This document shows, in pieces, positions 38,294 through 47,803 of a stretch of DNA of 64,000 nt (within the stretch, counting starts at the first letter, position 1; each line of letters starts with the position of its first letter). The notes beneath the pieces were generated by a model. The model made no database searches, was not told where the DNA came from, and was given only the letters and a program-made list of their open reading frames with translations. The position numbers were made by a program, and so were the translations under genes. The DNA is from Minisyncoccota bacterium (lineage in GTDB: Bacteria > Patescibacteriota > Minisyncoccia > Phycocordibacterales > UBA9973). The stretch is from the NCBI GenBank assembly GCA_041674285.1, contig JBAYVZ010000003.1, positions 20,606 through 84,605 of the forward strand, given 5' to 3'.

Positions 38294-39277
38294 ATGAGCA
38301 ACACAGAAATCACGACAAACTACGCAGGGCAAATTACAAAAGCTCTCTTAGATTCAAATTCAGCTGGCTACGACTTTGCTAACCCTAAACAATGGGCTAG
38401 TGGTACGTACAACCCTTTTTATGTGGACAACAGAAACCTTCAATCACTCCCAGAAATCAGGAAAATTCTGAGAAAAGGATTGGCTTCTTTAATTAATGCA
38501 GAAGTTGATTATGTTTATGGTATTCCTAATGCAGGCATTGCCCCTGCTACACTCCTGGCTCTGGAATTAAACAAACCGTTGTTGTTAAAATTAAACGGAT
38601 TGTATTATTCCATTGACTTGAACTATGTAAAAGAGCTTGTCCGAAATAACTCAAAAGAAATTGTTTGGGGTACTGAGATCATCGCTGGTACGACACCCTT
38701 TGGTACTGTATGTGGAATAGTTGCAGCAGAAGAATCCGATCTGCCATTTGTATTTATCCGCAAGGAACCGAAGGGTCACGGATTGAACAAGCAAATCGAA
38801 GGGATTATCAAACCTGGCGCTTTTGTGACACTAATGGACCCAATAGTTAAAGAATTCGACAGGTACACAGAGATCGCCAAAACGGCCATAGTAGAATCTG
38901 GAATGGATCCACGTTACACATGGGAAATCCCATTAAAAATCGAAAAGGAAGCTGAAGGCATCCTCGGGGCTACGATAGTTAGCAATGAGGACCTGGTAAG
39001 TACCGGAGAATCCATGTTGAAAGAAATAACAGATTTAGCTGATGAATATTCAGCAAAAATCATTCCTATTTCGATTTTTGATTACAAGCTGAATTCTGCA
39101 GTTGAAAATTTCAAAAAACATGGGATAGAGAACCGTAGCGTGGTAGATTTCCTTGAGATTTTAAAAGCCCTCGGAGAGAAGGGTATGCCAGATGCAGATG
39201 AAAGAAAAATCTGGACTTGGTACATGGATCAACCCAACTGGGGAGACAAGAACGGCTTCCCTGCTGTTCGTAAATAA
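38294..39277 (+). CDS. type I phosphoribosyltransferase-like protein (OPRTase-like core, 327 aa, atypical)
   Basis: FVFIRKEPKGHG..QIEG matches the OPRTase FNRKEAKDHGEGG..G; the canonical PRPP loop is replaced by AFVTLMDPIVKEF; a second PRPP-like motif TIVSNEDLVSTGESM lies further C-terminal. Confidence 0.5.
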   Translation: MSNTEITTNYAGQITKALLDSNSAGYDFANPKQWASGTYNPFYVDNRNLQSLPEIRKILRKGLASLINAEVDYVYGIPNAGIAPATLLALELNKPLLLKLNGLYYSIDLNYVKELVRNNSKEIVWGTEIIAGTTPFGTVCGIVAAEESDLPFVFIRKEPKGHGLNKQIEGIIKPGAFVTLMDPIVKEFDRYTEIAKTAIVESGMDPRYTWEIPLKIEKEAEGILGATIVSNEDLVSTGESMLKEITDLADEYSAKIIPISIFDYKLNSAVENFKKHGIENRSVVDFLEILKALGEKGMPDADERKIWTWYMDQPNWGDKNGFPAVRK

Positions 39278-39308
39278 CGTAAATAAAACAAGGGATTTAA
39301 AAAATAAA

Positions 39309-39338
39309 AAGAGGGCGACACTATCGTGTCCCCCTCTT
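39309..39338. terminator. bidirectional terminator AAGAGGGCGACACTATCGTGTCCCCCTCTT
   Basis: Between convergent genes 38294-39277 and 39365-40252. Confidence 0.6.
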
Positions 39339-39364
39339 TTTTAGTTTGGCTAACTTTTTTTAAT

Positions 39365-40252
39365 TTAATGAATTGATTGTTTTCTTAAACTAATAAATCC
39401 AGAAATTGAACTCTGTAATTTTATAGTTTCCCTTCTGGCAGCTTCAGCGAAATCTTCACCAGCAGATGCATACAAAATACCGCGCGATGAATTGATCATA
39501 ATTCCACCATTGTTAATATTCAAACCTGCAGCCAGTGTGGCCTCCAAGTCACCACCTTGAGCCCCAATCCCTGGAATAAGTCTATCCAACTCTCCACCTG
39601 TTTGTTCTACAATACGCTTTAAATCTTCAGTAAAAGTCGCACCGGTAACAAGCATGCAATTTTTGTTTTTGTTCCAGGTTTTTTCATCTGAAATACGCTT
39701 TGCTACATTCAAATACAATGGTAGTCCATTCTCGCAAATCATACCCTGGAATTCATCACTACCCTTGTTCGAGGTGCGGCACAATACGATGATACCGTTG
39801 TCTTTACGTTCCAAAAATGGTGTTAATCCCGTGTAGCCCATATATGGGTTAACGGTCACAGCATCAGCACCAATCACTTCAAATACAAAACGTGCATATC
39901 TTTCAGCGGAATTTTCAATTTCAGAGACTTTCATGTCGAGTATAGATCGTATACCTTTTGATTTAGCATGGGCCACAATACTCTCCAAAATACTCGAACC
40001 GATAGCTCCGTACGGCAAGTAGAAAGCCAAATTTGGCTTGTAAACTTTTACAACATCACAAGTGGCATCAATAATCTTGTTATTAAAGAAAACCATAGAG
40101 TCATGGATGTGATTATCTGAACCCCATTCCCCGCCAATTTGTTCTTTGACAGAAATCGGGATTTTTTCATAATCAGTGTCCATACCTACGCAAACCATTC
40201 TTTGATCTGCATCCATCTGACGCATTGCGTCCATAAAATTAATTGTACTCAT
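39365..40252 (-). CDS. pyrF: orotidine 5'-phosphate decarboxylase, type 2 (long form)-like
   Basis: VKVYKPNLAFY, DMKVSEI, GADAVTVNPYMG, LIPGIGAQGGD motifs. Confidence 0.6.
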   Translation of the reverse strand: MSTINFMDAMRQMDADQRMVCVGMDTDYEKIPISVKEQIGGEWGSDNHIHDSMVFFNNKIIDATCDVVKVYKPNLAFYLPYGAIGSSILESIVAHAKSKGIRSILDMKVSEIENSAERYARFVFEVIGADAVTVNPYMGYTGLTPFLERKDNGIIVLCRTSNKGSDEFQGMICENGLPLYLNVAKRISDEKTWNKNKNCMLVTGATFTEDLKRIVEQTGGELDRLIPGIGAQGGDLEATLAAGLNINNGGIMINSSRGILYASAGEDFAEAARRETIKLQSSISGFISLRKQSIH

Positions 40253-40374
40253 ATTCCTATATATATTTAAGGGTTTTTGTATACATTACAAGATATATAG
40301 TCTATGTCAATACAAAAAATTTTGATTTTAAGGGTTGAACTGATACTATAGAGCAAAACATTCAAAAAAAATAA

Positions 40375-41061
40375 ATGGAAAAACAAGAAAAACTAGTAAA
40401 ACTGCTTTTAGAAAAAGGAATTATTAAATTCAGATCCGAGGAACCAGTCGAAGAGAACCCTCAAATCAAGAGCCCTATGTACACCGACTTTGCTATGATT
40501 GTAGATTGGGATGAAATATCATCACTATCTACAGAAATATTGGCATCAAAAATTGATCAGAAAATAAATGAACTTGGTTTAATTTTTGATTTCATTGTTG
40601 GAATAAGCACAGCCGGCATACAAGTGGGTAAATTGATCGCTGAAAAATACGACAAACCATTCACGAGAATCAAAAGTGGCCAAACATACTCAGGAAATTC
40701 TGGAGACAATAATTTCATGCACGAACCACACTTTGTGAGCGGCAAAAAAGCCCTAGTAGTAGAGGACATTATTTACGCCAATGGAAATATGGTAAAAGAA
40801 GTGGATCTGATACGAAGACTCGGGGCTAGCGTAGTGATGGGGGCATCCATTCTCACCTACAACAACCTTGATTACCAAGGAGAGATCATTGAGAAGCAAA
40901 TTCCACTAGTTAATTCTCTAACAATCGACGAGGTTTTGATTATTTGCATTAAAAAAGAAATAATAAAGCCAAACGATTTTGAGATTCTAAAGAATTTTTT
41001 CATTGACCCCCGAAGCTGGTACAACAAGAACTTCCCAAACACAGCAATCGGGTCTAATTAG
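40375..41061 (+). CDS. type I phosphoribosyltransferase-like protein (OPRTase-like fold, degenerate PRPP motif VVEDIIYANGNM)
   Basis: IKFRSEE..SPMYTD ... KALVVEDIIYANG resembles PyrE, but with Y-A-N-G where the TTGG/TAGT loop should be. Confidence 0.45.
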   Translation: MEKQEKLVKLLLEKGIIKFRSEEPVEENPQIKSPMYTDFAMIVDWDEISSLSTEILASKIDQKINELGLIFDFIVGISTAGIQVGKLIAEKYDKPFTRIKSGQTYSGNSGDNNFMHEPHFVSGKKALVVEDIIYANGNMVKEVDLIRRLGASVVMGASILTYNNLDYQGEIIEKQIPLVNSLTIDEVLIICIKKEIIKPNDFEILKNFFIDPRSWYNKNFPNTAIGSN

Positions 41062-41170
41062 CACATTCACCAAAACAAAAAAATCCCTTACGATTCATTC
41101 GTAAGGGACTTTTTTATTTAAGCTTACAACTGTATAGAACAAAAAGCACCCGTATGGGTGCTTTTTTATA

Positions 41171-42256
41171 TTATTTACCACTATTTAGATATTTTGGAAT
41201 AAAGACTAGAAGTATTTTATAAAAATCCTCTATCGCCTTTATCTCTACGTATTCATCTTTTGTGTGAATATTAGGAGAATCAATGCGGGTAATTATAGCT
41301 GGTATTCCCAATTCTGAAAAAAATCTTGCATCCGAGCTACCCTCCATCTTTCCAAACTCAATCTTTTTACCCAAGACATCAGCGGATACTTTTTTATACA
41401 TCTGAACAAAAGGATGCTTTGGATCCTGAATAAACGGCTCCCCTGACATCACAACCTCAGCATTTGAAAACAGAGAATTAATCTTCTTTAAGATAAACTC
41501 TTTATCTTTTATGCCTGGATATCTGACATCCAATAGCATCTCAGCATAATCAGGAACTTTATTTACAGCATCACCACCTTTTATCAAGCCTAAATTCATA
41601 GTGGTTTTCCATTGTCTGGTTTTTAATTCAGGAATTATTTTTCTAAGCTTTAAATAATCTTTTATTAATTTATCAATCGCATTCTCGCCCCAAAAAGGTC
41701 GTGATCCGTGAGCACTCTTACCAAAACCTTTTAGTTTTAATTGCAAAATACCCTTTTTATTTACAACGATAGTAGACAACTCTGTTCCCCCATCAGGAGC
41801 AATGACGAGGCCCGCGCGGTATTTTTCTTTTTTTATTAAATACTCAGTACCATTCCTGCCCCCAATCTCCTCATCGGTAGTCAGCATGAGTGCGACAGAA
41901 TTATGCTGTCCATCTCGAGCAAAAGTCCTAAGAGCGAGCATCATAGCAGCACAGCCAGCCTTCATGTCCCCTGTACCCCGACCATACATCCTACCCTTTT
42001 TAACTACAGGATTGAATTGGTCTATATTTCCAGGCACAACGTCTAAATGCCCAGACAAAATCAAGTCAAAATTTTTACCCTCAGACAAACTAACAATAAT
42101 GACAGGATAATCATTTTGATTAAAAACTTTTACAAAGACTTGCTCATTCTCAAAGAATTTTTTAACAAACTCAACAATGTCAAACCGACCATCATTTTTA
42201 CTACTGTCTATCTTGACCAAATTAGAGGTTAATTCAATTAATTCTTTTTTATCCAT
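41171..42256 (-). CDS. M20 family metallo-hydrolase (DapE/ArgE/N-acyl-amino-acid deacylase-like)
   Basis: LSGHLDVVP, GRGTGDMKAG, TTDEEIGG signatures. Confidence 0.7.
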   Translation of the reverse strand: MDKKELIELTSNLVKIDSSKNDGRFDIVEFVKKFFENEQVFVKVFNQNDYPVIIVSLSEGKNFDLILSGHLDVVPGNIDQFNPVVKKGRMYGRGTGDMKAGCAAMMLALRTFARDGQHNSVALMLTTDEEIGGRNGTEYLIKKEKYRAGLVIAPDGGTELSTIVVNKKGILQLKLKGFGKSAHGSRPFWGENAIDKLIKDYLKLRKIIPELKTRQWKTTMNLGLIKGGDAVNKVPDYAEMLLDVRYPGIKDKEFILKKINSLFSNAEVVMSGEPFIQDPKHPFVQMYKKVSADVLGKKIEFGKMEGSSDARFFSELGIPAIITRIDSPNIHTKDEYVEIKAIEDFYKILLVFIPKYLNSGK

Positions 42257-42324
42257 ATTTTTAATATATCATATTTAATCTAATAAATAAGGAGGTCACA
42301 GAGACCTCCTTATAGACAACAACC

Positions 42325-43314
42325 TTACAAAACCAACCCAAATGTAGTATCCGTTGCTCCATGAATTTTGTAATTCTTTCGAGAATTCCACAACCCACCA
42401 GCATAAACATAATCCTTTATTTGTGGACTATACACAAAGAACAACCGAAATATCATCGGATCGCCATTACGCAACATAGGAGCAATAAATGACTGATAAT
42501 ACATAGAATTGTTTTCCTCTAGTACCCTTTTAATTCTAGTTTTTGTAGATATCCCGCTTATACCAGAATCTTCAAGAATTTTTTTGTGCGGGTACCATAT
42601 CTCCACACCTCTAGCTTTAGAACATTGTTTAGCTTTCAAGCAAAAACCTAAATCCCACTCAAAGTCATTAAAATCATCCACTGTAACTTCTTTCCATAAA
42701 CCCATTTCTAGGCCGTAACTCTTGTTTCCCTTTTGCTTCAAAGAACTTACTGATCGATTTTCAAATTTATGAAATTCTTCTTCGTTGGGTTCTGCTTTTA
42801 TCAAAAGTAAGTCTTGTGAATTTAAAGCATCTTCCATTGATATCATAGGAGTCCAGCAATCATAGCGACCATCTCGCCTCTCTGATAAAACTGTTTTAAA
42901 TTCCGGCCAATAAGGATTTATTTCCTTAAGCGTTTCTCTAAAACGAGGATTTGTCTCGTTAGCAATGCCCATACCACTAGGTCTCTCTTCAACTTCATAG
43001 ATATGTATTTCGGAGTCTTCCCGGAGTACACAATCCAACCTGATAAACAGCGAAGGTACACCAAAATTATGCTGAACCCAAGTTTCTTCTTTTGAAAAAA
43101 AATCTTTCCATTTATTTATTAAGGATAAGGCTTGTTTTTCGCATAAAGCTGATAATTTATACTCTTCATATGAGTAATTATTTTTCCAATTCATATTTCG
43201 ATTATATTTATTTTTTAAAGAACTATAAGGTAGCTCTGTTACCTGAGATTTTGTTTTGGTGAGCCTCACGCTCCCGTTTATACTAGATGACCTCATCTCG
43301 TATAAATATAGCAA
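42325..43314 (-). CDS. hypothetical protein (possible ATP-grasp-like ligase; start uncertain)
   Basis: ORF only; weak resemblance of IHIYEVEERPSGMGIA to ATP-grasp motifs; last gene of the island on this strand. Confidence 0.3.
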   Translation of the reverse strand: MLYLYEMRSSSINGSVRLTKTKSQVTELPYSSLKNKYNRNMNWKNNYSYEEYKLSALCEKQALSLINKWKDFFSKEETWVQHNFGVPSLFIRLDCVLREDSEIHIYEVEERPSGMGIANETNPRFRETLKEINPYWPEFKTVLSERRDGRYDCWTPMISMEDALNSQDLLLIKAEPNEEEFHKFENRSVSSLKQKGNKSYGLEMGLWKEVTVDDFNDFEWDLGFCLKAKQCSKARGVEIWYPHKKILEDSGISGISTKTRIKRVLEENNSMYYQSFIAPMLRNGDPMIFRLFFVYSPQIKDYVYAGGLWNSRKNYKIHGATDTTFGLVL

Positions 43315-43570
43315 CAGCTATAGTGATTTTTTTCGAACCACCATTCTTGGGGTTTCTAGACTCCCCAAGAACACTGATACGAAAACAAACACCAGATCTC
43401 GTATTTGAGAGCTGGTGTTTGTTTTGAGTTAGTTTCTTAGTTTAATTAAATATCAACGCAAATATCAGCTTTCAAATTTGAAAGCTTCCAGAAGATGACA
43501 TATGCGATATTGTTGATATTTCTATCCATAATTTATTTATAGCATGTATATAAATTTATGCAAGAATACA

Positions 43571-43602
43571 AAAAAGCACCCAATGGGTGCTTTTTGTGAT
43601 AG
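43571..43602. terminator. terminator hairpin AAAAAAGCACCCAATGGGTGCTTTTT immediately after rplB
   Basis: Separates rplB from the inserted island. Confidence 0.65.
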
Positions 43603-43621
43603 AGATTTAAAATAGGATAGA

Positions 43622-44467
43622 CTATTTCTTTGCTTTACCAACACGTCGTCGTGAGACAATGTGCATATTTGAGTATTTCTTTGGTGTACGAGTCTTCTGG
43701 CCCTTTCCAGATGGCTTTCCCCACATAGTCTTGGCACGGCGTAGACCTCGTCCTTGAGCTCCTTCACCTCCTCCGTATGGGTGGTCTACAGGGTTCATGG
43801 CACTTCCACGTACTGTAGGGCGGATACCCTTCCAGCGTGAACGTCCAGCTTTACCAAAATTCTGAAGATGGAATTCTCCATTTGAAACTTCACCGATACA
43901 TGCCCAGCAGTTTTCAGAAACTTTTCGAACTTCTGTAGATGGCATCTTGATGTTTGTAAAACCATCATCGTTTGCAACTACTTGTCCGAATACTCCTGCT
44001 GCACGTACTAGTTTTCCACCGTTACCTGGCTTTATCTCGATGTTGTATACAAATGTACCAACTGGGATAATCTTCAAAGGCATACGGTTTGCAACTGTTA
44101 GTGGTGCTTTTTCTCCGACTGTAAACTTGTCCCCTACTTTTACAGACTTTGGAACCACTACATAACGCTTTTCTCCGTCAGCATATACTGCAAGACCGAT
44201 AAATGCATTTCTGTTTGGATCGTATTCTATAGAAGTTATCTTTGCTGGGATATCATGCTTGTTGTACATAAAGTCAACTTCACGATACAGACGCTTGTGA
44301 CCACCCCCCTTGTGGCGAGTAGTGATGCGACCCTGGTGATTGCGTCCAACTGAACGCTTGAAACCGTGAGTCAAAGATTTTTCAGGTGTACTTGTTGTAA
44401 GAACATTGCGGTATGAGACAGTAGTCTGATGACGCTTTGATGGTGTTGTAGGTTTATATGTTTTCAT
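43622..44467 (-). CDS. rplB: 50S ribosomal protein L2
   Basis: Conserved L2 sequence. Confidence 0.95.
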   Translation of the reverse strand: MKTYKPTTPSKRHQTTVSYRNVLTTSTPEKSLTHGFKRSVGRNHQGRITTRHKGGGHKRLYREVDFMYNKHDIPAKITSIEYDPNRNAFIGLAVYADGEKRYVVVPKSVKVGDKFTVGEKAPLTVANRMPLKIIPVGTFVYNIEIKPGNGGKLVRAAGVFGQVVANDDGFTNIKMPSTEVRKVSENCWACIGEVSNGEFHLQNFGKAGRSRWKGIRPTVRGSAMNPVDHPYGGGEGAQGRGLRRAKTMWGKPSGKGQKTRTPKKYSNMHIVSRRRVGKAKK

Positions 44468-44472
44468 AAAAA

Positions 44473-44799
44473 TTATACAAATTCAATCTTATCGCCCTTC
44501 TTTAAATATACGACCGCCTTTTTACCACCCTGTTTCTTTCCAGATTTACCACGGATAAAAACAATTTTTTCTGTGATTTGTGTTGTTGTCACTCTTATTG
44601 GAGTAACTCCGTAAAGCATTTTGATTGCCTTTTTGATCTCTGTCTTGTTTGCATTTGTTGCTACATTGAATGTATAAGCATTGTTTTGTGCAGCACGTGC
44701 AGCTTTTTCAGTAATACGAAGCCCTTTTATAAGAGGATGTGTCTTTGTCGCCTTTTCATCTACCTTAGTATCTACTTTTTTTGTTTTTGTTGTAGCCAT
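44473..44799 (-). CDS. rplW: 50S ribosomal protein L23
   Basis: Conserved L23 core and operon position. Confidence 0.85.
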   Translation of the reverse strand: MATTKTKKVDTKVDEKATKTHPLIKGLRITEKAARAAQNNAYTFNVATNANKTEIKKAIKMLYGVTPIRVTTTQITEKIVFIRGKSGKKQGGKKAVVYLKKGDKIEFV

Positions 44800-44803
44800 A
44801 AAA

Positions 44804-45472
44804 TTATTTCTTTTCTATTTTACCTCCCAAAAACGCAACAGATTCTGTTGGAGAAGCAATAATAAGATATTTATATGAAAGAAGGTCGACTGGATTCATG
44901 TTGCGAACTTCGTCAATCTCAGCGATTGGGATGTTTGCAAAACTCTTCTTTAAGACATCATTTTTTGCAGGAACTGTGATGTAAGCTTTTGGCTTTGTAC
45001 CTACACAGATTTTTTCAAATCCAGATACAGTACTCAAATCTTTCAACACAGCAATTGCGTCCTTTGTTTTGATATTTTTCATTGAAAGATCTTCAACAAA
45101 CAATATTTCACCATTCTTGAATTTCTTTGAAAGAACTGTGAATAGAGCTTGAATCTTCATCTTCTTGTTGATTTTCTGAGCGTAGATCTTATCGTTGCGT
45201 GGACCATGTGTCACACCTCCGCCTACCCAGATAGGTGAGCGAGATGAACCGTGACGTGCACGTCCTGTTCCCTTTTGTTTCCAAGGCTTGCGTCCTCCAC
45301 CACGAACTTCTCCGCGTGTTTTGACATGAGCTACAGGTGTACGAGCATTTGCTTGCATAGCTGTAACTACTTGGTGAACTAGGTCAGCGTTCCATTTTAG
45401 ACCAAAAACTTGCTCTGGAAGTTTTAGACTTCCAACAGACTTACCCTTTTGATTGTATACTTGTGTTTCCAT
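44804..45472 (-). CDS. rplD: 50S ribosomal protein L4
   Basis: Conserved L4 sequence. Confidence 0.9.
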   Translation of the reverse strand: METQVYNQKGKSVGSLKLPEQVFGLKWNADLVHQVVTAMQANARTPVAHVKTRGEVRGGGRKPWKQKGTGRARHGSSRSPIWVGGGVTHGPRNDKIYAQKINKKMKIQALFTVLSKKFKNGEILFVEDLSMKNIKTKDAIAVLKDLSTVSGFEKICVGTKPKAYITVPAKNDVLKKSFANIPIAEIDEVRNMNPVDLLSYKYLIIASPTESVAFLGGKIEKK

Positions 45473-45476
45473 AATA

Positions 45477-46076
45477 TTATCCTATGACTTCCACTAGAGT
45501 ACCACGTCGTCCAGGGATTGCGCCTTTAATGAGTAATTGGTTGTTTTCAACATCTACGCCGACCACTTTCAAGTTGCGAACTGTGATACGATCACCGCCC
45601 ATACGTCCCGCCATGCGCATACCTTTTGGTACACGATTACGTAGACCTCCACCGATAGAACCTGGCTCACGCTCAGAATGCTTCTGACCGTGTGTACGAG
45701 GACCTCCGGCAAAGCCGTGACGCTTCACTACACCTTGAAAACCTTTTCCTTTTGATACACCTGATACAATAACTGTATCCCCTTTAGCAAAACTGCTGAC
45801 AGTGATACGATCACCGACTGCGATTTCTTCGATATCGCGAAACTCTCGAAGATGCTTGTAAGCACCCTCCTTAACATGGCCCAGGTGTGCTTTTGTCGCA
45901 CGCTCCTTTTTCTGATCGAGGAATGCTACTTGAACAGCAGTATAGCCATCAGATTCTGGAGTCTTCACTTGAGTAACGACAATAGGACCCGCATCGATAA
46001 CCGTTGCTGGAACCACTGTACCGTCCTCTTCGAAGAACTGCACCATATTCTGTTTTTTACCTAGAATAAATTTCAT
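45477..46076 (-). CDS. rplC: 50S ribosomal protein L3
   Basis: Conserved L3 sequence. Confidence 0.9.
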   Translation of the reverse strand: MKFILGKKQNMVQFFEEDGTVVPATVIDAGPIVVTQVKTPESDGYTAVQVAFLDQKKERATKAHLGHVKEGAYKHLREFRDIEEIAVGDRITVSSFAKGDTVIVSGVSKGKGFQGVVKRHGFAGGPRTHGQKHSEREPGSIGGGLRNRVPKGMRMAGRMGGDRITVRNLKVVGVDVENNQLLIKGAIPGRRGTLVEVIG

Positions 46077-46093
46077 AAATATATAGTCTCTAA

Positions 46094-46447
46094 TTACATC
46101 ATTTTCACATCAATATCTACTCCGGACGGAAGAGACAAGTTTGTCAACGCCTCGATAGTCTTTGGATTTGGGTTCAAGATATCGATAACACGCTTGTGAA
46201 TTCTTATTTCAAACTGTTCACGAGCATTCTTGAATACGAATGATGCACGGTTCACAGTGTACTTCTTTATTTCAGTTGGAAGAGGGATTGGACCGACGAT
46301 CTTTGCATCGTAGCGAAGTGCTGTATCGATAATCTGCTTGACACTAGTGTCAAGAATCTTATTTTCATAAGCTCTTACGCGGATACGAAGTCGAACGACA
46401 CCGTCCTCTTTCACCTTTTTTTCTTTTTTAACGGTAGTTGTAGTCAT
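46094..46447 (-). CDS. rpsJ: 30S ribosomal protein S10
   Basis: Conserved S10 sequence. Confidence 0.9.
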   Translation of the reverse strand: MTTTTVKKEKKVKEDGVVRLRIRVRAYENKILDTSVKQIIDTALRYDAKIVGPIPLPTEIKKYTVNRASFVFKNAREQFEIRIHKRVIDILNPNPKTIEALTNLSLPSGVDIDVKMM

Positions 46448-46542
46448 ATAATGAGTTGTTAAAGTTTATAAAGTAAAAAGTTTATAAAGTAAATGTATTT
46501 GTACCTACTTTCAACTTTCAACTTTCAACTTAAAGGCAATTG

Positions 46543-47742
46543 CTACGCAATTATCTTTGTTACGACACCAGCACCGACTGTCTTACCTCCTTCACGGATA
46601 GCAAAGTGTGTTTGATCTTCGAGAGCTACAGGAGTAACTAGTTTTACCTTTAGTTTTACTGTATCGCCTGGCATAACCATCTCTACTCCCTCTGGAAGTG
46701 TTGATTCACCTGTTACGTCAGTTGTACGGATGTAAAATTGTGGCTTGTAACCAGTAAAGAATGGAGTGTGGCGACCACCTTCCTCCTTCTTTAGAACGTA
46801 AACTTCACATTCAAATTCTGAGTGTGGAGTAACTGAACCGATTTTAGCAAGAACTTGTCCACGAGTGATATCTTCTTTTTTGATACCACGGATAAGGATA
46901 CCTGCGTTGTCGCCAGCCATACCTTCTTTTAGGTTTTTGTTGAACATTTCGATACCAGTAACTGTAGTCTTTACAGTGTCCTTGATTCCGACGATTTCTA
47001 CGTCTTCACCAACTTTCACGATACCACGCTCGATTTTACCTGTAACCACTGTTCCACGTCCTTCGATAGAAAAGATATCTTCGATTGGCATTAGGAATGG
47101 CTTTGTAACATCGCGTTATGGTTGTGGGATGTATGTATCTAGAGCATTTGCAAGATCTAGGATCTTCTTTGCCCATTCATCATTGTTATCTGCTGATTCT
47201 AGGGCCTTTAGAGCTGAACCACGGATAACTGGAGTGTTTGCACCATCGTAACCGTTCTTTGTAAGCAATTCACGTAGTTCTTCTTCAACAAGTTCCAACA
47301 TGTCTGCGTCATCCACCATGTCACACTTGTTAAGAAATACGACGAATTGTGGCACACCAACCTGCTTTGCTAGGAGCACGTGTTCACGTGTCTGTGGCAT
47401 TGCACCGTCAGTAGCTGCAACAACAAGAATAGCACCGTCCATTTGAGCGGCACCAGTAATCATGTTTTTGATGTAGTCAGCGTGACCTGGAGCATCGATG
47501 TGAGCGTAGTGGCGAGCTGGTGTCTCATATTCATTGTGAGACAAAGCGATTGTGATTCCACGAGCTTTTTCTTCAGGAGCTGAGTCAATATCACCCACCC
47601 CCTTTAGTTTTGCACTATATCCACCACCTTGGCGAGCCAATGTGTTAAGGATTGCTGCTGTTAAAGTCGTCTTGCCGTGGTCAACGTGGCCAATAGTACC
47701 AACGTTTACGTGCGGCTTTGAACGATTAAATTCTTCTGCCAT
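46543..47742 (-). CDS. tuf: elongation factor Tu interrupted by a single in-frame TAA (47116-47118): possible pseudogene, sequencing error or recoding site
   Basis: ORFs 47116..47742 and 46543..47091 are in the same frame and read ...[22 protein letters not shown]..., colinear with EF-Tu (..[21 protein letters not shown].. in Thermus). Confidence 0.85.
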
Positions 47743-47754
47743 ATATGTTTTATT

Positions 47755-47803
47755 GGTCCCCCACCACTTAACGAATTTAAAATTCTATAAGTGGTGGGGG
47801 ACA
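47755..47803. promoter_or_regulatory. perfect 14-bp stem hairpin (GTCCCCCACCACTT...AAGTGGTGGGGGAC) in the tuf 5' leader
   Basis: Lies 12 nt upstream of the tuf ATG; no U-run on the mRNA strand. Confidence 0.4.
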
